Shown piece by piece: positions 44,541 to 53,896 of a stretch of 64,000 bases of DNA. Origin of the DNA: Chlamydiia bacterium (GTDB lineage Bacteria; Chlamydiota; Chlamydiia; Chlamydiales; 2-12-FULL-49-11); NCBI GenBank assembly GCA_044359535.1, contig JBIKLZ010000002.1, positions 37,118-101,117 of the forward strand. Reading direction: 5' to 3'. Position 1 is the stretch's first letter. Each line of letters begins with the position of its first letter. Both the position numbers and the translations under genes were made by a program. A model generated the notes under the pieces. The model saw nothing but the letters and a program-made list of their open reading frames with translations. It had not been told where the DNA came from and did no database searches.

Positions 44541-45971
44541 TCAAATGGATAGAAACAAAGAAAAAATAAAATAGATAATTATTGTAAAAAGGGCAGAAAA
44601 AGGGAGGGTGATAATCCAAGAAAGGAAGATATTTCGAAGGAGCTGAAGATTTAATGCAGATAACCCTTTTGCAAGCCCTACCCCTAAAACTGCCCCAACA
44701 ATTGCATGAGTGGTTGAAATAGGCATTCCCAACTTGCTTGCCACTAAAATTGTTGAAGCAGCAGCAAATTCTGCAGCAAAGCCCCTTGTGGGGGTAAGTT
44801 GTGTGATTTTATTTCCAATTGTTTCTATCACTTTAAATCCATAAGTGGCAAGGCCAATAACAATTCCAGCGCCTCCAAAAAGAAGTAAAGGGGTCGAAAT
44901 GGTTGAGGAGTGTATCAAAGCAGCCGGATCTTTGATCACGTTTATAATTCCTGAAACTGGACCCACAGCATTTGCCACATCGTTAGAGCCATGGGCAAAA
45001 GCGACAAAACAGGCTGTTAAGATTTGCAGGATTGCAAAAATGGATTCAGCCCCTTTATAATCAGCTGCAAGCTCTGTCTCAAATTGAGCTTTGCTATTGG
45101 CCTCTTTGATCAAATGATCGGCTTGTAGAAGTAAAGTGGCAATTTCATCCTTAGTGCCCTCTTCTGAAGTGGCAAGTTTTGCTTTTATTAAATGTTTTTG
45201 CACTTTTAATAAGGAATATAAACGTCGATCATGCTTTGCAGCAAGGATATAGCTCATTTTAGCATTTTTTGTTCCTGATCTACAAATGTGGCCGATAATA
45301 AGGGCCCCTAGACCACTTATCACAATCGACAAAAGAGCGGTTAAATAGATAGGGATGCTAAAATTCATACTTTTGATTCCGCCCCAAAATGTGGAAAGAC
45401 AAAAGGTCATTAAGACGATAAAAGCAAAAAGGGGGGCACGTTTTTGAGTAGAAAGAAGGGGGTTAAATGAATGAAGGACCCTTCTTTGGATGTAAGAAAA
45501 GAAAAAAAATGCAACCACCCCCGCTAAAGTAGGGGAAATGATCCATGAGAGGGCAATTTTTCCAACTTCTCCCCACTGCACTGATTGAAAGCCCCCGACC
45601 AAAACACCAAAACCCATCACAGACCCGACAATGGCATGAGTGGTTGACACTGGCCATCTAAAAAAGGTGGCAAATTGCAACCAGAGGGCAGTCCCAAGAA
45701 GGGATGCAAGCATCCCCATGATAAAAATATTTGGGGTATTCACAAACATCTTTGGGTCAATAATTCCCTTTTGAATGGTCTCTGAAACATTAGACCCAAG
45801 GATAAAAGCCCCGCCAAATTCTAAAAAAGCAGCAATAAGAATGGCTTGTCTAAGATTGATGGCCCCAGATCCGACAGAAGTCCCTACAGCATTGGCAACA
45901 TCGTTTGCACCAATGTTCCATAGCATATAAAAACCAATAATGAGGGCAAGGGAGATAAAAAATGTGTCCAT
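44541..45971 (-). CDS. PiT-family inorganic phosphate transporter
   Basis: Duplicated GANDVANAVG motifs (N-terminal NIGANDVANAVGTSVG, C-terminal HGSNDVANAVGPVSG) flank a long hydrophilic central loop. Confidence 0.9.
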   Translation of the reverse strand: MDTFFISLALIIGFYMLWNIGANDVANAVGTSVGSGAINLRQAILIAAFLEFGGAFILGSNVSETIQKGIIDPKMFVNTPNIFIMGMLASLLGTALWLQFATFFRWPVSTTHAIVGSVMGFGVLVGGFQSVQWGEVGKIALSWIISPTLAGVVAFFFFSYIQRRVLHSFNPLLSTQKRAPLFAFIVLMTFCLSTFWGGIKSMNFSIPIYLTALLSIVISGLGALIIGHICRSGTKNAKMSYILAAKHDRRLYSLLKVQKHLIKAKLATSEEGTKDEIATLLLQADHLIKEANSKAQFETELAADYKGAESIFAILQILTACFVAFAHGSNDVANAVGPVSGIINVIKDPAALIHSSTISTPLLLFGGAGIVIGLATYGFKVIETIGNKITQLTPTRGFAAEFAAASTILVASKLGMPISTTHAIVGAVLGVGLAKGLSALNLQLLRNIFLSWIITLPFSALFTIIIYFIFSLFLSI

Positions 45972-45975
45972 AAAA

Positions 45976-46650
45976 TTACTTTGCGTTTAATAGCATCCCA
46001 ATTCTTAAGGCTTCTTTTTCTGCTAAATGGGAAATATTTCCTATTTCCTCTATAAAATTTAACCACAGGATAAAATCTGTACACTTCAAAGAGTCACTTG
46101 AAGCAAATAATTTTTTCTTTAAGGATTTTTTTAGCTGATCGGCTTCCTGCTCTTTTGCAGCAATGGCATGGATTTGATTTTTCATTTTTAGGGCAATTGG
46201 ACCCCCAAAGGAGGCTTCTATTAACATGTCAAGGTTAAAGACCATTTCCTTTAAAATCCATGTGGCATCTAGATTGGTATCAATAAACTCTGTAAGGCTA
46301 TTTTCAATACATTCAATCGAAGGGAGCTTTTTTAAGATGAGAATATCGGCAATGTCTTCAGCAATATCAGCTATGTGATCTTGGATGGTTAAAATTTCTA
46401 AAAAATTGATTCGATCTATAGAGAAAAAATAACTTTTTGGGAAGGAGGCCCGAATATCATTTTTTATAAGATCGGCTTCATACTCAAGTTCAGAAATCTT
46501 TTTAGAAAGAACTTCGATAGTCTCCATTTCTGCTTCTTTCCTTAGTTCACAAAGCTCTTTAAGCCTGACTAAGCATGCAGAGGTTTTTTCCATGTGGAGT
46601 TGTAAATGAGAAAAAGGGGTTTTTGGAATGAGCTTTGAAAGTATGTACAT
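45976..46650 (-). CDS. DUF47/PhoU-like phosphate-transport accessory protein
   Basis: 224-aa helical protein immediately upstream of PiT, the classical DUF47-PiT pairing. E..ADLIKNDIR and QDHIADIAEDIAD motifs. Confidence 0.75.
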   Translation of the reverse strand: MYILSKLIPKTPFSHLQLHMEKTSACLVRLKELCELRKEAEMETIEVLSKKISELEYEADLIKNDIRASFPKSYFFSIDRINFLEILTIQDHIADIAEDIADILILKKLPSIECIENSLTEFIDTNLDATWILKEMVFNLDMLIEASFGGPIALKMKNQIHAIAAKEQEADQLKKSLKKKLFASSDSLKCTDFILWLNFIEEIGNISHLAEKEALRIGMLLNAK

Positions 46651-46653
46651 CGA

Positions 46654-47400
46654 CTAAATTGTAGAGCGGTAGGGCTTTTTATAGCTAGACTTTTTTTCAA
46701 ATATAGCCTGTTTTTCTGCATTAGAAAGAATTTTATAGGCCCCTCTTGGAAGCGATCCAAGTTCTAAATTCCCTAAGCGCACCCTTTTTAAGGCAGAAAT
46801 ATTTAACCCTGTTCTAGCTACAAGTATCCTTACTTCATGCTTTTTCCCTTCCATCACAGTGATCGAAATCACCTTTCTTTTTTCTTTATAGACAGAGACA
46901 GGGATGACTTTTTTCCCTTCAATATGGGTCCCTTTTCGGATTTTTTCAATATCAGATTGAAGCACTTCTTCTTTTGTTGTAACCCTGTACTCCCTTTCAA
47001 TGTTTGAGGAAGGGTGGATCACAGAATGGGCAAAATCCCCTTCAGAGGTAATTAAGAGTAACCCTTCAGTGTTTTTATCTAAACGACCCACAGTAAAAAG
47101 GCGGGCCTTTCTATCCCGTATAAGGTTAAGGGCTAATTTATCATTTTCATCATACCCTTTAGAGCTACAAATATAACCAGCGGGTTTATTCAGAAGATAA
47201 GTGATTTGTTTGGCAGGTTTTTTAGAAATGGGTTTACCATCTACAGAGATAAAATCTTTTTTTGGATCAAGGACAATCCCAAGTTGTGTACATACAGAGC
47301 CATTGACTGTGACTCTTCCCTCTTCAATAAGGGTATCGGCATTTCTACGGCTTGCAACACCAGCTGTTGCAAGAATTTTATTGAGACGCATTTTTTCCAT
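46654..47400 (-). CDS. rluB: RsuA/RluB-family pseudouridine synthase
   Basis: S4 domain MRLNKILATAGVASRRNADTLIEEGRVTVNG. Catalytic motif TVGRLDKNTEGLLLIT. Confidence 0.88.
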   Translation of the reverse strand: MEKMRLNKILATAGVASRRNADTLIEEGRVTVNGSVCTQLGIVLDPKKDFISVDGKPISKKPAKQITYLLNKPAGYICSSKGYDENDKLALNLIRDRKARLFTVGRLDKNTEGLLLITSEGDFAHSVIHPSSNIEREYRVTTKEEVLQSDIEKIRKGTHIEGKKVIPVSVYKEKRKVISITVMEGKKHEVRILVARTGLNISALKRVRLGNLELGSLPRGAYKILSNAEKQAIFEKKSSYKKPYRSTI

Positions 47401-47474
47401 AAGAAGATAGTTTTCCCTATTTTTAGGGATTATGATACCATAAGGTCAAATTTACAAAAAGCGAAACTCAAATT

Positions 47475-48137
47475 ATGGGCAAACTCATCCTTTTACGACA
47501 TGGAAAGTCGGTCTGGAATAAAAAAAATATTTTTACTGGATGGGTTGATGTATCCCTTTCTAAGGAGGGGATCGATGAAGCCTTTAGTGCTGGAAAAGCC
47601 CTTTCTCATGTGAGATTTGAGGCTATTTTTGCCTCAACCCTTTCTAGAGCGATAATGACCTTGCAGCTTGTGATGCTTGAAAATCAAGATCCAAGAACTT
47701 TAATTTTGAACCACCCTGAAAAAAAGTGGTGTGCTCATGGAATTGATGAAAAAAGGGTTCTTATGGCTCATTGTAGTGATGCATTAAATGAAAGGTACTA
47801 TGGAGATTTTCAAGGAAAGAACAAAGATGAGATAAAATTAGCCCTTGGAGAAAAAAAGTTTATAGAGGTACGTAGGAGTTTTCAAACCCCCCCTCCAAAT
47901 GGGGAGAGTTTGAAAATGACTGTTGAAAGGACCCTTCCCTATTTTAAAAAGGAAATTTTACCTCAAATAAAAATGGGGAAAACAGTCCTTGTTGTCGCTC
48001 ATGGTAATTCAATAAGGGGTATTGTTAAAGAGGTGATGCACTTAACTGATGAAGAGATTGTGACATGTGAAATCAAAACGGGAGAGCCTCTTGTTTTTCA
48101 ATATGAGGGGGGTAACTTCAAGGAGGGGAAAATATGA
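47475..48137 (+). CDS. gpmA: 2,3-bisphosphoglycerate-dependent phosphoglycerate mutase
   Basis: LILLRHGKSVWNKKNIFTGWVDV (RHGxS/TxWN), NERYYG, VVAHGNSIR. Confidence 0.92.
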   Translation: MGKLILLRHGKSVWNKKNIFTGWVDVSLSKEGIDEAFSAGKALSHVRFEAIFASTLSRAIMTLQLVMLENQDPRTLILNHPEKKWCAHGIDEKRVLMAHCSDALNERYYGDFQGKNKDEIKLALGEKKFIEVRRSFQTPPPNGESLKMTVERTLPYFKKEILPQIKMGKTVLVVAHGNSIRGIVKEVMHLTDEEIVTCEIKTGEPLVFQYEGGNFKEGKI

Positions 48138-49063
48138 CCCTTTGTCACGCTGAAAAAAAAGGACTGTGTAAAAAAATTCATAAAGGGAAGGAAGCCATTA
48201 TTGAGCTCCTTGGGGCAAAAAAGACAGTCAACCTTGCATTTATCCCCTCAATGGAGGAGGTCTACTTAAAAGTTGTTTACGAAGTCTTGATGCCTAGGGC
48301 TCAAAGGACTGGGAGAAATGAAATTTTGGTTCCAAAGAGGGAAAAACGTTCCCTTCTAAAGGTTTTAAAAAGGGCCTCTTCCCTTGGTCTAACCTCTAAG
48401 GAGGTGGAGATGGATGAGCTAAGTAAGGCCATTTCAAAAAGGACACTTGGACTAATGATGTCCTTTTCTGAGCCTTTTTCAGGGAAAATTCATCCAATGT
48501 TTCACATAGCCACCTTGTGCAAGGAAGAGGGTCTTTTTTTATTTGTCGATGCAACAGAAAGTGTGGGGAAACTTTTTTTTAGATTTCAAGAAAGTGGGAT
48601 TGATCTTTTTGCTTTTTCGCATAAAAATATGACCTGTGTTGCCGGAGATCTGCCTCAAATGAAGGGCGATATCTGGGGGGAAGTGTTTGATCTAGATGAA
48701 TTTTTTGCCCTTCAAACATGGGCTCAAGAGCAGCTTGAAATGATGGACTCAAATCCTATGGAATACGCATTGATAAAAAATGAGGCCATTGAAAAAGTAA
48801 AAAGGGGTCCTTTAAAGTGCCATTTTTACAATGAGGGGGGAAACTTTCTTTATGACCGGTGGTGCTTTTCTTTTGAGGGAGTTCACAATGAAACTCTTGC
48901 TTATTTACTCAGAGAAAAGGGAATCTATCTTGAGCTTTTTTTAGGAGAACACCCCCTCCTTTCTTTAAAGTTTGACTTACAGATGTCAAAAACAAATCTT
49001 TTTAACCAATGGGATACAATTCTTCACACGGCTTTAGAGATCAAGGAGTTTTCCAATGACTAA
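48134..49063 (+). CDS. Degenerate NifS/IscS-like (class V aminotransferase fold) protein
   Basis: LFLFVDATESVGKLFFRFQESGIDLFAFSHKN aligns with IscS HVDATQSVGK...DLMSFSGHK. The N-terminus is truncated, and neither the TEH His nor a catalytic Cys loop is recognisable. Confidence 0.55.
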   Translation: MTLCHAEKKGLCKKIHKGKEAIIELLGAKKTVNLAFIPSMEEVYLKVVYEVLMPRAQRTGRNEILVPKREKRSLLKVLKRASSLGLTSKEVEMDELSKAISKRTLGLMMSFSEPFSGKIHPMFHIATLCKEEGLFLFVDATESVGKLFFRFQESGIDLFAFSHKNMTCVAGDLPQMKGDIWGEVFDLDEFFALQTWAQEQLEMMDSNPMEYALIKNEAIEKVKRGPLKCHFYNEGGNFLYDRWCFSFEGVHNETLAYLLREKGIYLELFLGEHPLLSLKFDLQMSKTNLFNQWDTILHTALEIKEFSND

Positions 49064-49805
49064 AGAAAAATATAGCCATCTGTTTTGGGATTTGTACAGC
49101 GATAAAATGCATCAATGGATAGTAAGCCACCCCCACGGTAAAGTGTGTGAGGGGAAAAGGTTTTTTCATGAAGCCCTTGGAATAAGTTATACAATCGATC
49201 TTCAGTATGATGGTTTTGAGCAGATGTTTACAACAATGAGCTATCAAGTAAGTGGGCCCCCCTTCATGATCGCGTTGCTAGAGGCTTTGGCTGCAACTGT
49301 AGTAGGAAAAAAAATTGCCCTATGCGCTCACATTCGGGTTGATGATCTTTTTGAAGCACTAAAAGTGTATGACATTGCCGATCGCTATAGCGATGAGGAT
49401 ATTAGGGACTATATCCAATACTTATCCCGTTTTGCCAATCAAGTGATGGATGCTTATATGGAGATTGTGGATGAAAAAGTCCCTCTTCAATATTCAACTC
49501 CCGAGGGGTTGAGCCATTTTTCTGTTGAGGGAGAGGGGATAGGTAATTTTTTTGAGCTTGAAAAATCGATACAAATTAGCCACTTAGAAAGGGTTTTAGA
49601 AAAAGATATTCGCCCTTATGTCCAATTAGATGATGGGGATGTAAAAATCAAAGATGTGACTAAAAATGGGGTTGTCTTTATTGAATATGAAGGAAATTGC
49701 ACATCGTGCCATGCAGCGGGATCGACAACCTTATCGGCAATCACACAGATTTTACAGGCTAAAGTACATCAAAGATTAGAGGTGTTACCCTTTTTAGGGA
49801 GCTAG
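49056..49805 (+). CDS. NifU-like protein (C-terminal NifU domain intact, N-terminal scaffold domain degenerate)
   Basis: C-terminal IRPYVQLDDGDVKIKDV...IEYEGNCTSCHAAGSTT (CxxC). The N-terminal IscU-like region lacks the scaffold cysteines. Confidence 0.65.
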   Translation: MTKEKYSHLFWDLYSDKMHQWIVSHPHGKVCEGKRFFHEALGISYTIDLQYDGFEQMFTTMSYQVSGPPFMIALLEALAATVVGKKIALCAHIRVDDLFEALKVYDIADRYSDEDIRDYIQYLSRFANQVMDAYMEIVDEKVPLQYSTPEGLSHFSVEGEGIGNFFELEKSIQISHLERVLEKDIRPYVQLDDGDVKIKDVTKNGVVFIEYEGNCTSCHAAGSTTLSAITQILQAKVHQRLEVLPFLGS

Positions 49806-50506
49806 GTTTTAGTCGCCTTAAATCTAAACTGACCATACCGTTTTTTTTCTAGGGCAATGATTTTAAAGCCAGAATATGTAAGTATATCTCTTACAAACTT
49901 TTCATCCCCTTTATAAAAGTGAGCTCCAATTTTTCCCATAAAAGTATGAAAAGGTGTCTCCTTTGAAATCAGTGTAAATAATGTTCCAACAAAAATCCCG
50001 TCAGGACTTAAACATTCATGGATTTTTTTCAATGTAGACTGTAAGCTTGTTGGAGAAAGATAAGGGAGAATATCGACAGCTAAGACAAGGTCAAAGGGCC
50101 CTTGGTACGATTGCATGGTAGCTATATCCCCTTTGCATAATCGAAGGTTTTCTTTTGGACACACCCCTTTGCTAGATTCTGAAAATAGGGTGAGAAGCTC
50201 TTTTGAAGAATCAATAGCCGTTACATGGCTCCCATTTCTAGCCATTGTAAGGCTATTTGTACCAAGACCTGCACCCAAATCAAGAACGGTTGGAGGGGGG
50301 GGGGTAGCAAAAAACTCTTGGGCAAACTTTTCTGGTGAAGTGCATCCTAAAAAGATAGAGCGTTGAAATTCTGTTGCATTGGGACTTACGACCACTCCGA
50401 GATGAACAATAGGCTCTTCAGGGTTAAATGACGAGGGAGTCTTTTCAACTTCCTCCCAAAATGTGGTTATTATAGACAATAGGCACCTCAAAAATAAATT
50501 TTTCAA
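49802..50506 (-). CDS. Class I SAM-dependent methyltransferase
   Basis: Motif I VLDLGAGLGTNSLTMA, VTAIDSS, DLVLAVDILPYL. It contains the C10/G10 tract encoding PPPP. Confidence 0.7.
   Translation of the reverse strand: MKNLFLRCLLSIITTFWEEVEKTPSSFNPEEPIVHLGVVVSPNATEFQRSIFLGCTSPEKFAQEFFATPPPPTVLDLGAGLGTNSLTMARNGSHVTAIDSSKELLTLFSESSKGVCPKENLRLCKGDIATMQSYQGPFDLVLAVDILPYLSPTSLQSTLKKIHECLSPDGIFVGTLFTLISKETPFHTFMGKIGAHFYKGDEKFVRDILTYSGFKIIALEKKRYGQFRFKATKT
50295..50304. repeat. G10 homopolymer (C10 on the coding strand) inside the methyltransferase ORF
   Basis: Counted directly: ggag + gggggggggg + tagc. It encodes T-P-P-P-P-T immediately before SAM motif I. Confidence 0.95.
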
Positions 50507-50527
50507 GAGTGTAGCACAAAAAAAGAT

Positions 50528-51031
50528 TTAATTACAAAAAAAATGTTCATAAAACCCTTTTAACACCTCTTCTTTTGAAACGATCTTCCCCGTTTCTAAA
50601 AATAAAGATGTTGCAGGTTGATCGATAAGATCCATTTGATTTTCTGATTGAAGGAGGTTAAGCCCAAGAGAGGTAATTGCACTGGATCCATAGACTTCAG
50701 AAATGATTCCAGCGACTTTTTTTCCTCGTACCATTAAATCGTTAGGGTATTTAAAAGTGATGGGAAGATCTAAAAATTGGAGTGCTTTTTGAAGGGCCTT
50801 TGAGGCTTTTTGAGAAAGATAAGGAATCTCTTCTGAAGGGGGGGCTTTATAGACAAAAGAGGCAAGTAAAGAGCTATTTTTAGGGGCGATCCAAGGCGAT
50901 TTTCTCCTCCCTATCCCCCCTGTTTGAAAATCGGCAGTGATTATTGTGATATCAAACAGCTTTAGATGCTCTAATTGATCTTTTGCAAAAAGGTGTGTCG
51001 AAGAAATTTGTTTAAAATGTATTCTTTTCAT
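50528..51031 (-). CDS. birA: Biotin-[acetyl-CoA-carboxylase] ligase (short, no DNA-binding domain)
   Basis: TADFQTGGIGRRKSPWIAP (GRGRxGRxW-like), KYPNDLMVRGKKVAGIISE. Start at MKRIHF avoids a divergent overlap with rodA. Confidence 0.8.
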   Translation of the reverse strand: MKRIHFKQISSTHLFAKDQLEHLKLFDITIITADFQTGGIGRRKSPWIAPKNSSLLASFVYKAPPSEEIPYLSQKASKALQKALQFLDLPITFKYPNDLMVRGKKVAGIISEVYGSSAITSLGLNLLQSENQMDLIDQPATSLFLETGKIVSKEEVLKGFYEHFFCN

Positions 51032-51060
51032 ATCATAATTATGGTATATCATAGGGATAT

Positions 51061-52188
51061 ATGTGGGAACCAAAATATTTACGTCGTATCGATCTTCGAT
51101 TGCTCTTTGTGGTCTTTTTTTTGATGGGGGTAAGTATTTTAGTCATTTTAGCCACCACTCAAAGCGATCAAAGTGAGGGGATGGTTTTTACAACTTTAGC
51201 AAAAAATCAACTTCGGGCTTTTGTTTTAGGGTTGTTTATTTTTTTTTTCCTCGCCTGTTTTGATTATCGAAAATTGCGGGAATATACGTGGTTTTTTTAC
51301 TTAGCGACCCTCCTTTTATTATTTGGACTATTTTTTGCTCCCCCTATTCACAATGTTCGAAGGTGGTATAGATTGCCATTTCTCCCTTTTGACTTACAAC
51401 CTTCGGAAATGGCAAAACTTGTAGTTGTGATCACTTTAAGTTGGTACTTGGAAAGAAACATGGAGCGGGTAAAGCGCCTTTCAGTATTTTTACAAGGATC
51501 GCTGATTGTCTTTATCCCATTTGTATTGATTTTAAAACAACCCGATTTAGGCACCGCCCTTGTCCTTTGTCCAATAGCCCTTGCTATGTTTTATATTGGG
51601 GGAATAGATGAAAAAATTTTAAAAATACTTTCCACTTTTGGGGTGATTATTCTTTCTATTGTCCTTTCCATTTTTATGGGATTTTTATCTCATGAACAGA
51701 TGCGGCCCCTTTTTACAAAGGTGATGAAGGAGTATCAGTATGAACGGCTCAACCCAGATACATTTCATCAAAAAGCAGGGCAAACAGCTATTGGGTTAGG
51801 GCATTACTTTGGAAGTGGATTTTTGAAAAGTGAGTATACGGGAAATAAATTTCTCCCTTATGGGTATACAGACTCTGTCTTTCCAGCTTTTATAGAGGAG
51901 TATGGTTTTGTTGGAGGGGTTTTATTGCTCACCCTTTTTTTCAGCCTTATCTACTTTAGTTTTCAGGTAGCTAAAGTTGCTAAAGATTATTTTGGAAGAC
52001 TTCTAGCCTCAGGCATTGCTATTTATATTGCTATGCACGTTATTGTCAATATTGGGATGATGTGCGGTTTTTTGCCTATTACAGGTGTCCCTTTGATCCT
52101 TGTCACCTATGGAGGCTCTTCAGTTGTCGCTACATGTATCGCTTTGGGTCTTTTGCAGAGCATCTACGCAAGAAGGTTTACTTTTTAG
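51061..52188 (+). CDS. rodA: SEDS-family peptidoglycan polymerase (RodA/FtsW)
   Basis: 375 aa, polytopic. QPSEMAKLVVVI, KQPDLGTALVL, TDSVFPAFIEEYGF, PITGVPLILVTYGGSS. The rodA call is favoured by birA adjacency, as recalled for Chlamydia. Confidence 0.8.
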   Translation: MWEPKYLRRIDLRLLFVVFFLMGVSILVILATTQSDQSEGMVFTTLAKNQLRAFVLGLFIFFFLACFDYRKLREYTWFFYLATLLLLFGLFFAPPIHNVRRWYRLPFLPFDLQPSEMAKLVVVITLSWYLERNMERVKRLSVFLQGSLIVFIPFVLILKQPDLGTALVLCPIALAMFYIGGIDEKILKILSTFGVIILSIVLSIFMGFLSHEQMRPLFTKVMKEYQYERLNPDTFHQKAGQTAIGLGHYFGSGFLKSEYTGNKFLPYGYTDSVFPAFIEEYGFVGGVLLLTLFFSLIYFSFQVAKVAKDYFGRLLASGIAIYIAMHVIVNIGMMCGFLPITGVPLILVTYGGSSVVATCIALGLLQSIYARRFTF

Positions 52189-52220
52189 TATAATTTATTC
52201 CCCTTTTCAGGTAACAAAAG

Positions 52221-52706
52221 TTGAAATGGGCAATCTTTACTCAGGTGGTTATTTTGAAAAATAGAGATCTTTTTAAAAAAGAGGGTTTTATTGGGGAAGG
52301 AAAAATTTATATAGAGGATGAGGGGACAGATTTTCCTATCCTTATGAAAATTTCGATGAAGGAGTGTGATGAAAGAAGCCCAATTCTTGAATTTACCACA
52401 ACTATTGAGATGGATCAGGGGGATGAGCCCATTATCAATTACTATACCCTGACATTTCATGGAGAAAATACCTTTCATATCCTTATTGCCTCAGAAAATT
52501 GGGGATATGTAGAAGGGAATGGATTTATTAAACAGGGGTTTATAGGTTGGGAAATAGCAAGTGCCGATCAAATGTTTCATGGACATGAATCAATTGAAAC
52601 AAAGGGAGAAAACGACTACAGATTTTTTGGAGAATACGCTTCGAAAGAAGAAATGAGAACAAAAATTGTCTGCCGCTTGGTTAGCTATGAAAATATCTCT
52701 TCATAA
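52221..52706 (+). CDS. Hypothetical protein
   Basis: 161-aa ORF (TTG start in the track, true start uncertain). No motif recognised. It competes with an antisense 97-aa ORF. Confidence 0.4.
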   Translation: MKWAIFTQVVILKNRDLFKKEGFIGEGKIYIEDEGTDFPILMKISMKECDERSPILEFTTTIEMDQGDEPIINYYTLTFHGENTFHILIASENWGYVEGNGFIKQGFIGWEIASADQMFHGHESIETKGENDYRFFGEYASKEEMRTKIVCRLVSYENISS

Positions 52707-53025
52707 ACATGTTTTCTTTTTTTTGATTCTATTGTGTGCCGGTTGTGCTACTTACTCAAGCTATATTGTCACAATGGATAGCTACCTTCAGGTAGAAACT
52801 GGAGAGACAAGGGAAGAATTGATCCAAAAATTTGGGGAACCTGTCTCTATTGAAGCCCATACTGACGGGACTGAAATATATACCTATATTGAAAGATTAA
52901 CAATGAATGGGGAAGTGATGAAATCTACAACCTACTGCTTTACTATAAAAGAGGGGAAAGTTGTAGACAAATCTGCAAAAGTTGTCGATCGAACCCAAAG
53001 TGTGGATTCAAATCAGATGTACTGA
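52687..53025 (+). CDS. Small lipoprotein, BamE/SmpA-OmlA-like
   Basis: MKISLHKHVFFFLILLCAGCATY (lipobox LCAGC). ETGETREELIQKFGEPVSIE...YTYIE resembles the BamE fold signature. Confidence 0.5.
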   Translation: MKISLHKHVFFFLILLCAGCATYSSYIVTMDSYLQVETGETREELIQKFGEPVSIEAHTDGTEIYTYIERLTMNGEVMKSTTYCFTIKEGKVVDKSAKVVDRTQSVDSNQMY

Positions 53026-53070
53026 AAATATGAGACTTTGCTATAGTTTGTATTTTACAAAGGTTTCATT

Positions 53071-53889
53071 ATGAAGTATATACTATTATTTTTATTTTCT
53101 TGTTCTCTGTTTAGTCAGTCTATAGACGTGATCCTCCCTGTTCATAAAAAGGATGCGCCCACCTTAGAGCTTGTGATAGAAAAAATTAGAGAAAATGTTT
53201 CCGATGTTCGAAGGGTGATTGTGATCTCTAAAGAGAAATTTACAGAAAGTGCTGAATGGGTAGAGGAAAAGGATTTTCCATTTACAATTGACGATGTGGG
53301 AAATGAGTTAGGGGGACAAGGGGGGATAGGAAAAAATGTACGTAGGGGATGGTACTACCAACAGCTGTTAAAGTTTTATGCCCATTTTGTGATTGATGAT
53401 CTTTTAGAAAATATTTTGATTTTTGATGCCGACACTGTCCCTAATAAAAAGATGTCCTTTTTTGCAAAAAATGGAGCGATTTACATGGATATTGGGTCAC
53501 GAGGTAAAACCCATTTTACCTACTTTATACATCTAAGAAAATTACTTCCCCTTTTAGACGATGTGGATCGAACCATTTTACCTGTAGTTCACCATATGGT
53601 TTTTAACAGGGAGGTCATTATTGATTTATTTAAAACGGTGGAAGATGCTTTTCAAGAACCTTTTTGGAAGGTATTTTGTAATCAAGTCATTACAAACAGT
53701 AATAAATCAGCCTATCTTTACGTGGGAGCTTCTGAATACTTGATTTATTACCACTTTTGCATGAACTATTTTAGGGATAAATATGTACATAGAGTGATCC
53801 GGTTAAAAGACGATGCAGAGACCTTTTCATTAGAGAAGTTTAGAAATTATGACTTTGTAAGTGTTCACCAGTACGATCGAAGAGAGTGA
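53071..53889 (+). CDS. Signal-anchored hypothetical protein, possible GT-A-type glycosyltransferase
   Basis: MKYILLFLFSCSLFSQ, then IDVILPVHKKD...RGWYYQQLLKF...ILIFDADTVP (DxD-like). Confidence 0.4.
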   Translation: MKYILLFLFSCSLFSQSIDVILPVHKKDAPTLELVIEKIRENVSDVRRVIVISKEKFTESAEWVEEKDFPFTIDDVGNELGGQGGIGKNVRRGWYYQQLLKFYAHFVIDDLLENILIFDADTVPNKKMSFFAKNGAIYMDIGSRGKTHFTYFIHLRKLLPLLDDVDRTILPVVHHMVFNREVIIDLFKTVEDAFQEPFWKVFCNQVITNSNKSAYLYVGASEYLIYYHFCMNYFRDKYVHRVIRLKDDAETFSLEKFRNYDFVSVHQYDRRE

Positions 53890-53896
53890 TTATTTA

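Noticed and set aside
47206-47613. 135-aa plus-strand ORF spanning the 5' part of rluB (antisense), the intergenic region and the start of gpmA
   Set aside because: It overlaps two well-supported genes in other frames or strands and has no independent support.
52185-52478. 97-aa minus-strand ORF overlapping the 161-aa plus-strand ORF at 52221-52706
   Set aside because: Only one of the two can be real. The plus-strand ORF is longer, has a more protein-like composition, and is co-directional with the downstream lipoprotein gene. Both remain weakly supported.
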